Shown here piece by piece: positions 22,712-32,734 of a DNA stretch of 64,000 bases; the first letter of the stretch is position 1, and the number at the start of each line of letters is the position of its first letter. The DNA is from an uncultured bacterium (GTDB lineage Bacteria > Acidobacteriota > Aminicenantia > Aminicenantales > Saccharicenantaceae): the NCBI GenBank assembly GCA_963743755.1, contig CAVUQU010000003.1, positions 382,408-446,407 of the forward strand, given 5' to 3'. The notes under the pieces were generated by a model that did not search any database, was not told the origin of the DNA, and saw only the letters and a program-made list of their open reading frames with translations. A program made the position numbers and the translations under genes.

Positions 22712-24393
22712 CGGACCGTCCCGTAGACGATCCGGCCGTCGAAGACGGTCATGCGGACCTTGGCCTCCCCGATCCCTTCGGGCGCGATGGAGAAGATGTC
22801 GCGGTCGAGGACGACGAGGTCGGCCAGTTTTCCCGGCCCGATCGTCCCCTTCGACGCCTCGGCGAACTCCGCCCAGGCGCCGTTCACGGTGTAGGCCCGG
22901 ACGGCCTGCTCGACGGTGACCTTCTCCGCGGCGACCCAGCCGTCCGGGTTCTTGCCGTCGAGCGTCCGGCGGGTCACGGCCGCGTAGATGCCCATGAGGG
23001 GCTCGAGCGGCGCGACCGTCCAATCGGAGCCGAAGGCCAGGACGGCCCCGGCCCGGCGCAGGGACTCGAAGGCATACGTGGTCTTGAGGCGCTCCGGCCC
23101 GATCTTACCCTCGGCCCAGCGGCCGTCGTCGATGGCGTGGTAGGGCTGGACGGCGGCGACGAGGCCGAGCTTGCCGAACCGGGCGATATCGGCCGGCCGC
23201 AGGTGCTGGGCGTGTTCGACGCGCCAGCGCCGGTCGCGCGGCCCATTCGCGGCGACGGCCTTCCCGTACATGTCGAGAAGCAGGCTCACGGCCCGGTCGC
23301 CGATGGCATGGACGGCCAGTTGCAGCCCGGCCCGGTCGGCCTCGAGAATGCGCTGCTCCATGATCCCTTCGGGATACATCTGGCCGTGAAGCAGACCCGA
23401 GGTCCCCGGCTCGTCCGTGTAGGGCTCGAAGAAACAGGCCGTGGCCGAGCCGAGAGAGCCGTCCACGAAGCCCTTCAGGCCGGCCAGCTTGAGATAGGGG
23501 CCGCCGAACGGCGACTTCATTTTGAGGCGGGCGAGGAGGTCGACCTCGGTGATCGGGATGTAGACGTGGACGCGGGTCGTCAGCCGGCCGAGCCTGGCCA
23601 GCTCCTCGAAGACCTCGAAGCTCGCGGCGTCGGCCATCTCGTGGACCGAGGTGACGCCGTTGGCCGCGGCGTGGCGGATCGACGCCTCCGCCGCCTCGAG
23701 CTTCTCGGCAAAAGCCGGTTCGGGGATCTTCGCGTAGACGAGATCCATGGCCGTGTCCTTGAGGATGCCCGTCGGCTCCCCCGTCGCCGGGTCTTTGACG
23801 ATCTCGCCGCCCGGCGGCACGGGCGTCGCCCGCGTGACGCCGGCCAGCTTCAGGGCCGCGCTGTTGGCCAGGATCATGTGGCCGTCGAGACGGTTGACGC
23901 AGACGGGATTTTCGGGCGTCACGGCGTCGATCCAGTCCCGGCGCGGCAGCTCCACGGGATCGAACTGCTGATGGTCCCAGTCGCCGTTCAGGATCCAGCG
24001 CCCCGGACCGAGCTCGCGGGCCTTGGCCGCGATGCGGGCCACGAAATCTTCGCGGCTCTTCGCCTCGCGGAGCTGGATGCTCTTCAGGGCGAAGCCGCCG
24101 GCCAGAAAGTGGGTGTGGCTGTCGATGAAGCCGGGAAGGACGAGCGCCCCGCCGAGGTCGACGAGCTTGGTGCCCTCCCCGACGAGCTTGCGCACCTCGG
24201 CCGTCGTCCCGGCGGCGAAGATCTTTTCGCCGCGGACGGCCACCGCCTCGGCCCACGGCCGCGCGGCGTCCCCCGTCCAGACTTTCCCGTTGACCAGCGC
24301 CAGATCGACCATGTTACCCTCCGGACGCTTGTGACAGCCGGCGAGCACCGTCAAAGCCAGTATCATCGCCATCGTTCGGCAGATTGATTTCAT
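22708..24393 (-). CDS. Amidohydrolase (YtcJ-like), probable lipoprotein
   Basis: Lipobox LAGC; LPGFIDSHTH, DGSLGS, VHAIGD, RVEHAQH, FGSDW, GKLADLVVLD. Confidence 0.92.
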   Translation of the reverse strand: MKSICRTMAMILALTVLAGCHKRPEGNMVDLALVNGKVWTGDAARPWAEAVAVRGEKIFAAGTTAEVRKLVGEGTKLVDLGGALVLPGFIDSHTHFLAGGFALKSIQLREAKSREDFVARIAAKARELGPGRWILNGDWDHQQFDPVELPRRDWIDAVTPENPVCVNRLDGHMILANSAALKLAGVTRATPVPPGGEIVKDPATGEPTGILKDTAMDLVYAKIPEPAFAEKLEAAEASIRHAAANGVTSVHEMADAASFEVFEELARLGRLTTRVHVYIPITEVDLLARLKMKSPFGGPYLKLAGLKGFVDGSLGSATACFFEPYTDEPGTSGLLHGQMYPEGIMEQRILEADRAGLQLAVHAIGDRAVSLLLDMYGKAVAANGPRDRRWRVEHAQHLRPADIARFGKLGLVAAVQPYHAIDDGRWAEGKIGPERLKTTYAFESLRRAGAVLAFGSDWTVAPLEPLMGIYAAVTRRTLDGKNPDGWVAAEKVTVEQAVRAYTVNGAWAEFAEASKGTIGPGKLADLVVLDRDIFSIAPEGIGEAKVRMTVFDGRIVYGTVR

Positions 24394-24432
24394 GTTCGCG
24401 CCTCGCAGACCTCTTATATTATGGAAAAGGCC

Positions 24433-24694
24433 GTCGAAAGCAAACTCGTATTGGAAGCAGCGCCCGGGAGCTAGGGGCGAACGCGCAGGGGTGTTCCTGG
24501 AAAGGCCGTAGGAGGGCGGAGCGGGCACGGATGCCCTAAAGGGGCCGTCTCGAATATGGCTGTCCTTTAGGGCAGAGCGAAGCCCGGATCCGAAGCGAGC
24601 CGGCACGCCGGGCCGGCGAGCGGCCGACGGAAGGAATACCCCGAGCAAGGAGAACCGAGCTCCCGGGCGCCAACCGATGCGGAGCTTTGGCGAC
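24433..24694 (+). other. About 260-bp rod-like palindromic intergenic element (candidate structured ncRNA or repeat)
   Basis: Nested stems GCGCCCGGGAGCT/AGCTCCCGGGCGC, GGGGTGTTCCT/AGGAATACCCC, GGCCG/CGGCC, TGCCCTAAAGG/CCTTTAGGGCA. Confidence 0.7.
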
Positions 24695-24750
24695 TGTGGT
24701 AAAATGGTCGGCTCACGGGCGTCTCGGCGCCCCACTCCCCGGAGGACCCA

Positions 24751-25314
24751 ATGATCGACGCGACTCAGATCCGCAAAGGCATGATCATCGTCATGGACGG
24801 GACCCTGTGGCGCGTGATGGAGATGCAGCTCATCACCCCCGGCCGGTGGAAGGCCATGGTCCAGACCAAGCTCCGCAACATCCAGATCGGCTCCCAGACC
24901 GAGCACCGTTTCCGCTCCGAGGAGCGGCTCGAGCAGGCCCACTTCGACGATATGGAAATGGAGTTCCTCTACGAGCAGGGCGGCGAGTACGTCTTCATGA
25001 ACCTGGAGAACTACGAGCAGGTCACCCTGTCCGCGGAGGCCATCGGCGACGCCATCAAGTACCTCAAGCCCAACACGGTCATCGAGGTCGAGATGTACGA
25101 GGGCAAGCCCGTCGGCGTCAAGCTGCCCAACGCCATGGACCTCAAGGTCGTCAGCACCGAGCCCCGGCTCCAGGGCGCGACCAAAACGTCCCTCTACAAA
25201 CCCGCGATCCTCGAGACCGGCGCGGTCGTCCAGGTTCCGGAGTTCATCAAGGAAGGCGACGTCATCCGCATCGACACGCGGGACGACAAGTACCTCGAGC
25301 GGACGAAGAAGTAA
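24751..25314 (+). CDS. efp: Translation elongation factor P
   Basis: MIDATQIRKGM..., loop TPGRW, KPAILETGAVVQVPEFIKEGDVIRIDTRD; GGAGG RBS. Confidence 0.96.
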   Translation: MIDATQIRKGMIIVMDGTLWRVMEMQLITPGRWKAMVQTKLRNIQIGSQTEHRFRSEERLEQAHFDDMEMEFLYEQGGEYVFMNLENYEQVTLSAEAIGDAIKYLKPNTVIEVEMYEGKPVGVKLPNAMDLKVVSTEPRLQGATKTSLYKPAILETGAVVQVPEFIKEGDVIRIDTRDDKYLERTKK

Positions 25315-25325
25315 ACGGCCTCAGT

Positions 25326-27491
25326 TCAGTAGCCCTGCCGGAACACCCCGACGTTCCCGTAGCTGTCCCGGACCCTCACGGTCACCTGGTTCTCCGCTCC
25401 GGCGGGGAGCTTCGCCGCGAACTTGAAAGACTCGGTCCGGGAATCGGCGATCCCGTCGACCGGGAAGACGACCCGCCATTCCCCCGGCCGGACCAGCACC
25501 TTGACCTCTTCGATGTAGGAATAAGCATCCTCCGCCTGGAAGGCGACGTCGAGCGATGCGCCGTTCCTCGTTGCGGTGAAGCCTTTGACGACGGGCAGGG
25601 AGTTGTCGATGACGAGGGCCGGGCTGGTCTTGTCCGCCTTGAGCTCGAGCCCGGCGGGATTCGAGGGTGCGTCGCTGGCCGTCAGCCTGAGGAGGTAGGT
25701 GCCGTCGGGGAACGAGAGCGTGTCGAAGGCGTAGATCGCCTCGGTCCAGTCGGGCTCGAGGACGCGCCACTCGGTCTCGCCGTCCTTTTTCATCGCCAGG
25801 GAATACCTCAGCGTGTCGCCGTTCTCGTCCGCGGCGTCCCAGACGACGGTCTGGAAGCCCTTGCGCTCGGACTTCCGGTAACCCAGGCTGATCCGCAGCT
25901 CGTCCTTCCTCGCCGGCGCTTCGGGCGCGTTCCGCTCGACGCCGAGGATGACGTCGTCCTGGTCGGGCAGCTTCAGGTAGACCTCGTTCGGACGCAGGAA
26001 CTCGAGCCGCGAGACCGACGGGGCGACGTTCGACTGCAGGTAGAACACGGCCAGCCGGTCGAAGACCGGAGACGACTTGCCGGTCTGGGTCCGCAGGATG
26101 ACCTTGACCTGGAGGTAGCGGGACTTGGGGCTGAGAACCTGCTCCTCGGTCTTGCCGTAGAAGGGCGACCAGTCGCTCCAGGTCGCGTTGGGCTCGTTGG
26201 TGTTGCCGCTCCGGCTCTGGAGCTGGACCGACGCCCCGGCCGCGACGGCGGCGTCCCAGACGACTCGTCCCCACGACGCCAGCGTCCGGGCGTCGAGGAC
26301 GGGACTGGTGTACTCCCCAACGAACCGCTGTTCCGGCAGCAGGAGGCCGAAATAGCAGGGATTGTTAGACAGGACGTAGATCTTGGAATCGAGCGGGGCG
26401 AGCTGATAGACCTGCTCGGAGCTCTGCTGGAGGAGCAGGGCCACCCTCTCCTCCCGGTCGACCGAATAGATCCGGCCCTGCCCGCCGGTGCCGAAGAGGA
26501 CCTTGCCGTCGGCCTCCCTCCAGAGCAGCGTGTAGATCATCTCGTCCTCGGAGCTCCACAGGCGCTTGGCCAGGCCGTCGGCGGTGATCCGGTAAAGAGC
26601 CCCCCCGTCCCGCGCCGTGGTCGCCGGGCCCGCGGCGGCCGTGGGCCGGCTCGCCCCGCCCGCGGCGCTGACCGTGATCGAGACTTCGGCGTCGAGCCGG
26701 ACCGGCTCGTCGGCGCGCTCGTCCTTCCGGGTCCTCGTCGGCGTGCCGGAAGCCGCGGCGTAGATCTGGCCTTCGCGGTCGAGGGCCAGGCTCCGGACCT
26801 CCTCGTACGGCGTCTCGAACAGGACCGAGGCGCGGCCGTCCGTGCCGATCCTGTAGACGAGGCCGTTGCCGCCGCTGCCCGCGACGACGTCCCCGCGGGC
26901 CGTCCTCTCCAAGCAGAGGATGTGGTTCTCGGCGGCCTTGAAGAACATCCCGCCTTCGCCGAGCGGCGAGATGCGGTAGATGCCGCCGCTCTCGCCGACC
27001 GCCGCCCAGAGCTCGCCGGAATCCATGAACAGCAGGTCCCAAACGTATTTTTCGGCCGGGTCGAAGAACGGCTCGCCCTTGCCCTTGTCCGTGATCCTGT
27101 AGATCCGGCCGTTCGGCGAAGTCGAGGCGTAGAGAGTTCCCTTGCGGTCGAGGACGAGGCTGGTGACGTCCATCTCGGCGGCCTGGAACCAGAGCTCGGC
27201 CTTCCCGTCCTTCCCGATGCGGTAGACTTTGCCGCCGTGGCCCGTGCCGAGGAAGGTCGTCCCGTCGGCCAGGGGCAGGACGGACAGGTAGAACTCCTCC
27301 TGGGGCGCGGCGATCTTCTCTTCTTTCGGGGCCAGGGCCAGCGTCCCGTCGTAGGCGACCGAGACGCCGTCGAACTTGCCCCTGAGGTAGTCCTCCCGGG
27401 TCCGGAGCTCCCACTTCTGGGGGACGACGGCCCCGAGCGAGGCGGCCAGGGCGACGAGCCCGGCGACGGCGAGCGGGGTGACTTTGCGCAT
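25326..27491 (-). CDS. Exported beta-propeller-repeat protein with C-terminal Ig/FN3-like domains
   Basis: Signal peptide; repeated G.lya.tg..G.vYri..dG units; C-terminal DGTYLLRLTASD...IDNS. Confidence 0.65.
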   Translation of the reverse strand: MRKVTPLAVAGLVALAASLGAVVPQKWELRTREDYLRGKFDGVSVAYDGTLALAPKEEKIAAPQEEFYLSVLPLADGTTFLGTGHGGKVYRIGKDGKAELWFQAAEMDVTSLVLDRKGTLYASTSPNGRIYRITDKGKGEPFFDPAEKYVWDLLFMDSGELWAAVGESGGIYRISPLGEGGMFFKAAENHILCLERTARGDVVAGSGGNGLVYRIGTDGRASVLFETPYEEVRSLALDREGQIYAAASGTPTRTRKDERADEPVRLDAEVSITVSAAGGASRPTAAAGPATTARDGGALYRITADGLAKRLWSSEDEMIYTLLWREADGKVLFGTGGQGRIYSVDREERVALLLQQSSEQVYQLAPLDSKIYVLSNNPCYFGLLLPEQRFVGEYTSPVLDARTLASWGRVVWDAAVAAGASVQLQSRSGNTNEPNATWSDWSPFYGKTEEQVLSPKSRYLQVKVILRTQTGKSSPVFDRLAVFYLQSNVAPSVSRLEFLRPNEVYLKLPDQDDVILGVERNAPEAPARKDELRISLGYRKSERKGFQTVVWDAADENGDTLRYSLAMKKDGETEWRVLEPDWTEAIYAFDTLSFPDGTYLLRLTASDAPSNPAGLELKADKTSPALVIDNSLPVVKGFTATRNGASLDVAFQAEDAYSYIEEVKVLVRPGEWRVVFPVDGIADSRTESFKFAAKLPAGAENQVTVRVRDSYGNVGVFRQGY

Positions 27492-27502
27492 GACGGGAAC
27501 TC

Positions 27503-29321
27503 CTACTTCCGGATTCTGACGGGGATGGTCGCCCCGCCCTTGAACACGTGGGCGACGGGCAGCTGGTATTCGGCCAGGGTCGAGCGGGTGATCTCGGTCG
27601 GTCCGGCCGCCGAGGCCCGGGGCGAGGCGAACATCGACTTGAGCGTCGGCGGCAGGTTGGGCATCTCCTCGCCCTTAAGGAAGAGGCCGGGCTTGGTCGC
27701 CATGATGCGGAAATAGATGCGGTTGTTCTTGCGGAGGTTGCCGAGCAGGCGGACGAGCTGCTCGAGGCTCCGCGGCACGAACTCCTGGATGCGGTATTGG
27801 GCCCGCTCGACCTGCTGCATCGTGGCGGCGTCGCCGACGAGGAGCTGGAACTCGGTCCCGGCCGGCAGGGCCGGAGCGACGACGGTCACCTCCTGCATCA
27901 GGCTCTCCTCCTTCTGCGTCCGGTAGAAGGCCTGGAGCTTGATGGGCTCGCCCGGGGAGACCTCGTACTTGTCGAGCAGGACCTTCTCGAGCTTCGCCAG
28001 CCGCGTCTCCTCGGCCGCCCGGACGTTGAGATCGATGCGGTAAGATCCCGACGTCCTTGAACTCGTTGTTCATCAGGTAGTGGACGACGGCGGCCAGGAG
28101 CCCGGACAGACTGACGGCGGGATTGTCGTAGCTGCCGCTGAAGAGGTCCTCCAGGTGGACGCTGAGGCCGCCCTTGTCGAGGAAGATGTCGGCGTCGAAA
28201 TCGAGGGAGATGTCGCCGAGGCTCCGCTGCTCGCCGGTGATCAGTCCGGACACGGCGAGGTTGACGAGGGCCGGCGTCAGGAACTTGTCGGCGACGAGCT
28301 TGAGCTTGAAGTCCTTGCGGTCGCCGGAGCCGGTCCGGACGCTGATGTTGAGCGGGATGAGGCGGGGCATGACCCCGATCTCGCCGACGGTGCCCGCCGT
28401 CCGGTCCTGGGTGAACCGGCCGATGACCGGGCCGGCCGTGGCCAGCTTGAAGGAGCTCTCCAGGCTGGGCATGACGGCGATCACGTCGGCCCGGGTCAAT
28501 CCGTATTCGACCGCGCCGAGGTTGTAGAGCGGGTGGCCGAAGGCCAGGATCTTCTTGCCGTCCACGTAGGTCGCCGTGCCGACGGCGGAGAGGTCGAGGT
28601 CGCCGCCGATGAGCTGGACGCCGACCGCGTCCCCCTCGCGCACCGACGGGCCGGCGGGCGCGTCCGCCGCGGGCGTCTGACCGACCCCCGTGCCCGCCCG
28701 GACCGCGCGGAATCCCGAAGGGGCGAAAAAGGCCCGGGCCCGCTCGAAGGCGCCGGCGGAGAATCCGCTGAAGACCAGGGGCATATCGAGCGGCGAGATC
28801 GCCGCGCCCGAGGCCTTTTCGTCCGGACGGGACGCGAGCGCGCGCAGGAAGGTCTCGGAGAGCTCGGCCTGGCTGAGATCGTCGCGAAGCGGCGGCGCGG
28901 AAACGGCGCCCGCCTTGGGCTCCGCGGGGGCCCGCTCGACGGCCAGCATCTCCTCGATCGGCGTGATCCCGGCGATGGGCTCCTTGGAGAAGCTGAAGCC
29001 GTAGGCGACGGCGCCGATGAGCTTGCCGTCGATGTAGACCGGGCTGCCGCTCATGCCCTGGATGATACCGGTCGACTCGAGCCCCCGGCCCTTGAGCCGG
29101 GCCAGGATGATGTTGCGCTTCGGCTGGTTGTTCTCCAGGACGCCGAGGATCTCGACCTCGAAGTCCTCGATCGTCTGGCCCTGGAAGACGCTCTTGCCCC
29201 GGCCCTTCATGCCCGGCTTGACCTGGGAGAGGGGCATCGTGATCGTGACCGCCTCGGCCGCCGCCGCGGACGCGATGAGGACGAGCGCGATGAGGGCGAT
29301 CCGGCGCGGGAACGTGGTCAT
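27503..29321 (-). CDS. SpoIVB-type peptidase S55 domain protein, exported (frameshift near 28045)
   Basis: VKPGMKGRGKSVFQG, GIIQGMSGSPVYIDGKLIGAVAY, LAFGHP; C-terminal part in ORF 27503-27898. Confidence 0.85.
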
Positions 29322-29337
29322 GGCATTGTCCCCGGGC

Positions 29338-30519
29338 TCAGATGATGCCGACGATCTTGCCGCACTTCTCGAAAGCCGCGAGGACCGCGTCGAGCTCTTC
29401 GTCGGTGTGCCCGGCCCCGTAGCTCGTCCGGATCAGGGCCTGGCCGTGGGGGACGGCCGGGTAGACGACCGGGGTCGTGAAGATGCCCTCCTCCCGCAGC
29501 AGCCGCCACAGCATGAAGGCCTTCTCGTCGTCGCGGACGAAGATGGGAATGATGGGCGTTTGCGATGCGCCCGTGTCGTAACCCATGGCCTGGAAGCTCG
29601 TCCTCATGCGCTCGGTGACGGCCCGGAGGCGCAGCCTCAGCTCCGGCTCCGTCTCGAGCATGTCCAGGACGGCCAGGACGGACGCGACGGAGGCCGGCGT
29701 CGCCGCCGCGCTGAAGATGAGCGAGCGGGCGTGGTGCTTGATGTAGGAGACGACCGGCTTCGTCCCGACGACGACCCCTCCGATCGAGGCGAAGGTCTTG
29801 CTGAAGGTGCCCATGATCAGGTCGACCTCGCTCTCGAGGCCGAAGTGCTCGGCCGTGCCGCGGCCGTGCTCGCCGAGGACGCCGATGCCGTGGGCGTCGT
29901 CGACGAGGATCCGCGCGCCGTATTTCCGGGCCAGGGGGACGATGCCGGGCAGGTCGACGATGTCGCCTTCCATGCTGAAGACGCCGTCGACGATGATGAT
30001 CTTGCCGTCCCGGGGGTCCAGGGAGGCCAGGATGCGCTCGAGGGCCTTCATGCTGTTGTGCTTGTACTTGTGGACGGTGGCGAAGGACAGCCGGCAGGCG
30101 TCGATGATGCTGGCGTGGTTCATGCGGTCGATGATGATGTGGTCGCCCTTCCCGGCGATCGAAGAGACGATGCCGAGGTTCGTCTGGTAGCCCGTGCTGA
30201 AGGTCAGGGCGGCCTCCCGCTTCATGAACGCCGCCAGCCGCTCCTCGAGATGCTCGTGGAGGTCGATGGTGCCGGTCAGGAATCGGGATCCGCAGGTGCC
30301 GACGCCGTAGCGCTCGACGGCCGCTCGCGCCGCTTCCTTGGCCCGGGGGTGATGGGCCAGGCCGAGATAGTTGTTGGAGCCGACCATGATCATCGGCCTG
30401 CCGCCGACCTTGATCCGGTTCCCGACGGCTTCCTCGATCGGGGTGAAATAGGGGTAGAGGTCGGCCGCTTTGAGCTCGTCGGCGCGGGTGAAGGCCAGGC
30501 ACTTGTCGAAAATATCCAC
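29338..30519 (-). CDS. PLP-dependent alpha-oxoamine synthase, serine palmitoyltransferase-like (BioF/Kbl/Spt family)
   Basis: DLYPYF, GSNNYLGL, GSRFLTGT, NHASIID, DGVFSMEGD, DDAHG, MGTFSK; GTG start with AAGGAG RBS. Confidence 0.85.
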   Translation of the reverse strand: MDIFDKCLAFTRADELKAADLYPYFTPIEEAVGNRIKVGGRPMIMVGSNNYLGLAHHPRAKEAARAAVERYGVGTCGSRFLTGTIDLHEHLEERLAAFMKREAALTFSTGYQTNLGIVSSIAGKGDHIIIDRMNHASIIDACRLSFATVHKYKHNSMKALERILASLDPRDGKIIIVDGVFSMEGDIVDLPGIVPLARKYGARILVDDAHGIGVLGEHGRGTAEHFGLESEVDLIMGTFSKTFASIGGVVVGTKPVVSYIKHHARSLIFSAAATPASVASVLAVLDMLETEPELRLRLRAVTERMRTSFQAMGYDTGASQTPIIPIFVRDDEKAFMLWRLLREEGIFTTPVVYPAVPHGQALIRTSYGAGHTDEELDAVLAAFEKCGKIVGII

Positions 30520-30559
30520 GTCCGTCTCCTTTGTCGCCGGGAGACCGCCGGCGGCCTCA

Positions 30560-30588
30560 TTGACCCCCGCGGCCGAATCCCTTACAAT
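30560..30588 (+). promoter_or_regulatory. Sigma70 promoter implying a leaderless transcript
   Basis: TTGACC-N17-TACAAT, then 7 nt to the ATG at 30596; no SD. Confidence 0.65.
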
Positions 30589-30595
30589 CCCGGGC

Positions 30596-31570
30596 ATGAA
30601 AGTCCTCGTCACCGGAGGAACGGGCTTCCTCGGGAGCCACCTCATCGAGCGGCTCCTCGAAGCGCCCGGGGCCGAGGTCTACGCCCTGGTCCGCGATCCC
30701 GCGCGGCTCCGCTGGCTCGAAGGGGTCGAAGGCGTCCGGCCGATCGCGGGGGATCTCCGGAACGTGCCCGCCTTGCCCTCCGGCCTTTCCTGCGTCTACC
30801 ATCTGGCCGGACTGACTAAAACGTTCAAACCGGACGAGTATTATACTGTAAACCGGGACGGGACGGCAAATCTGCTCCGGGCCCTCGAGGCCCAGCCGGG
30901 ACGGCCGCGCTTCGTCCACCTGAGCAGCCTCGCCGCCGCGGGCCCCTGCGTCGGGCGGAAGGGCGTGACCGAGACCGATCCGCCGCGGCCGATCTCCGAC
31001 TACGGGGAGAGCAAGCTCCAGGCCGAAGCCGAGGTCCTCCGTTGCAAGGATCGCTTTTCGGTCGTCCTGCTCAGGGCGGCCGCGATCTACGGTCCCCGCG
31101 ACGAGGATTTCCTCGAATATTTCCGTTGGATCAAGCGCGGCATCCGCCCCATCCTGGGAAGCGGCAAGACCCTGAGCCTGGTCTACGTCCGCGACGCCGT
31201 CCGGGCCGCCCTTCTGGCGGGGCAACCGGGACGTCAGAGCGGGGAGATCTTCAACGTCGCCGATCCCGTGCCCTGCGGCTGGGAGGACATCGGCCGGGTG
31301 GCGGCCGGCATCCTGGGCAAGAAGCCGGTCAGCCTCCGCCTGCCCCTCTGGACGGCCTACGTGGCCTCGGCGGCCTCGGAGGGCCTCGGCCGGCTGTTCG
31401 GCTCCGGGAGCGCTCTTTACAACGTCAGCAAGGTCAAGCAGATGAAGCCCGACGCCTGGGTGGCCGACGTCGCCAGGGCCCGGCGGGATCTGGGCTTCGA
31501 GACCCTCTTCACCCTGGAGCAAGGCCTGGGCGAGACGATCGCCTGGTATCTCTGGAAAGGCCTGCTTTGA
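30596..31570 (+). CDS. NAD-dependent epimerase/dehydratase (extended SDR)
   Basis: MKVLVTGGTGFLG, HLAG, SS, YGESK (YxxxK), IYGPRD. Confidence 0.92.
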   Translation: MKVLVTGGTGFLGSHLIERLLEAPGAEVYALVRDPARLRWLEGVEGVRPIAGDLRNVPALPSGLSCVYHLAGLTKTFKPDEYYTVNRDGTANLLRALEAQPGRPRFVHLSSLAAAGPCVGRKGVTETDPPRPISDYGESKLQAEAEVLRCKDRFSVVLLRAAAIYGPRDEDFLEYFRWIKRGIRPILGSGKTLSLVYVRDAVRAALLAGQPGRQSGEIFNVADPVPCGWEDIGRVAAGILGKKPVSLRLPLWTAYVASAASEGLGRLFGSGSALYNVSKVKQMKPDAWVADVARARRDLGFETLFTLEQGLGETIAWYLWKGLL

Positions 31571-31631
31571 CGCGGGCCGCCGTATCCCCAACTTTATTTT
31601 TCGGGAGGCATCCTCTATAATGAATACGAGC

Positions 31632-32633
31632 ATGACCGTGAGAACCGTCGTCACCGGAACGGGCCACTTCGTCCCTCCTCGCATCGTCACCAACCAGGAC
31701 CTCGAAAAGCTCATGGACACGTCCGACGAGTGGATCCGCGAGCGCAGCGGCATCCGTGAGCGGCACCACGTCGACGCCGGGGTGGGCACCTCCGACCTGG
31801 CCGTCGAGGCCGCCCGGCGGGCCATCGCCGACGCGGGCGTCGATCCGGCCACGATCGATTTCGTCATCGCCGCGACGCTCTCCCCCGACCACTACTTCCC
31901 CGGCATCGGCGTCATCATCCAGGCCAAGCTGGGCCTCGGCACGACCGGGGCGCTCGACGTCCGCAACCAGTGCAGCGGCTTCATCTACGCCCTGTCCGTG
32001 GCCGACCAATACATCCGGACGGGCACCTACAAGCGCATCCTCCTCGTGGCCGCCGAGGTCCAGTCGACCAACCTCGACTTCACGGACAAGGGGCGGGACA
32101 TGTCGGTCCTCTTCGGCGACGGGGCCGGGGCCATGATCCTGGAGCCGGGCGCGGACGGCGACGGCCGCGGCGTCCTGTCGACGCACCTGTTCGCCGACGG
32201 CAACTTCGTCTCCCATCTCTGGATGGAAAAGCCGAGCTCCCGGGACTGCCCGACCTTCGTGCCGGAGTTCTTCACCGAGGGCCGGTTCTTCCCGAAGATG
32301 GAGGGCCGGAACGTCTTCGTCAACGCCTGCCAGCGCATGCCCGAATCGATCCGGGCCGCCCTCGAGAAAAACGGCCTGACCATCGACGACGTCGACGTCC
32401 TCATCCCCCACCAGGCCAACGACCGCATCTCGCTCATGGTCGCCAAGGGCCTCAAGATCCCGGTCGAGAAGGTCGTCCGGAACATCGACCGCTTCGGCAA
32501 CACCACGGCCGCCTCGATCCCCATCGCTCTCGACGAAGCCGTCAAGAGCGGCCGGATCAAGCGGGGCGACCTCGTCGCGCTGACCGCGTTCGGCTCCGGA
32601 TACACGTGGGCGTCGGCCCTCTTGCGGTGGTGA
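31632..32633 (+). CDS. fabH: 3-oxoacyl-ACP synthase III
   Basis: DTSDEWIRERSGIRER, catalytic Cys (NQCSGFIY), FGDGAGA, PHQAN, GNTTAASIP. Confidence 0.95.
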   Translation: MTVRTVVTGTGHFVPPRIVTNQDLEKLMDTSDEWIRERSGIRERHHVDAGVGTSDLAVEAARRAIADAGVDPATIDFVIAATLSPDHYFPGIGVIIQAKLGLGTTGALDVRNQCSGFIYALSVADQYIRTGTYKRILLVAAEVQSTNLDFTDKGRDMSVLFGDGAGAMILEPGADGDGRGVLSTHLFADGNFVSHLWMEKPSSRDCPTFVPEFFTEGRFFPKMEGRNVFVNACQRMPESIRAALEKNGLTIDDVDVLIPHQANDRISLMVAKGLKIPVEKVVRNIDRFGNTTAASIPIALDEAVKSGRIKRGDLVALTAFGSGYTWASALLRW

Positions 32634-32734
32634 ACACGTATCCCCGCTTCACATACATCGAGGGTGGCAGAAAGGGTTTGTCAGGGAACGGAGATCTGTG
32701 CTAGGATTTCCGAGATGTCATTGAGGAGGACCGC

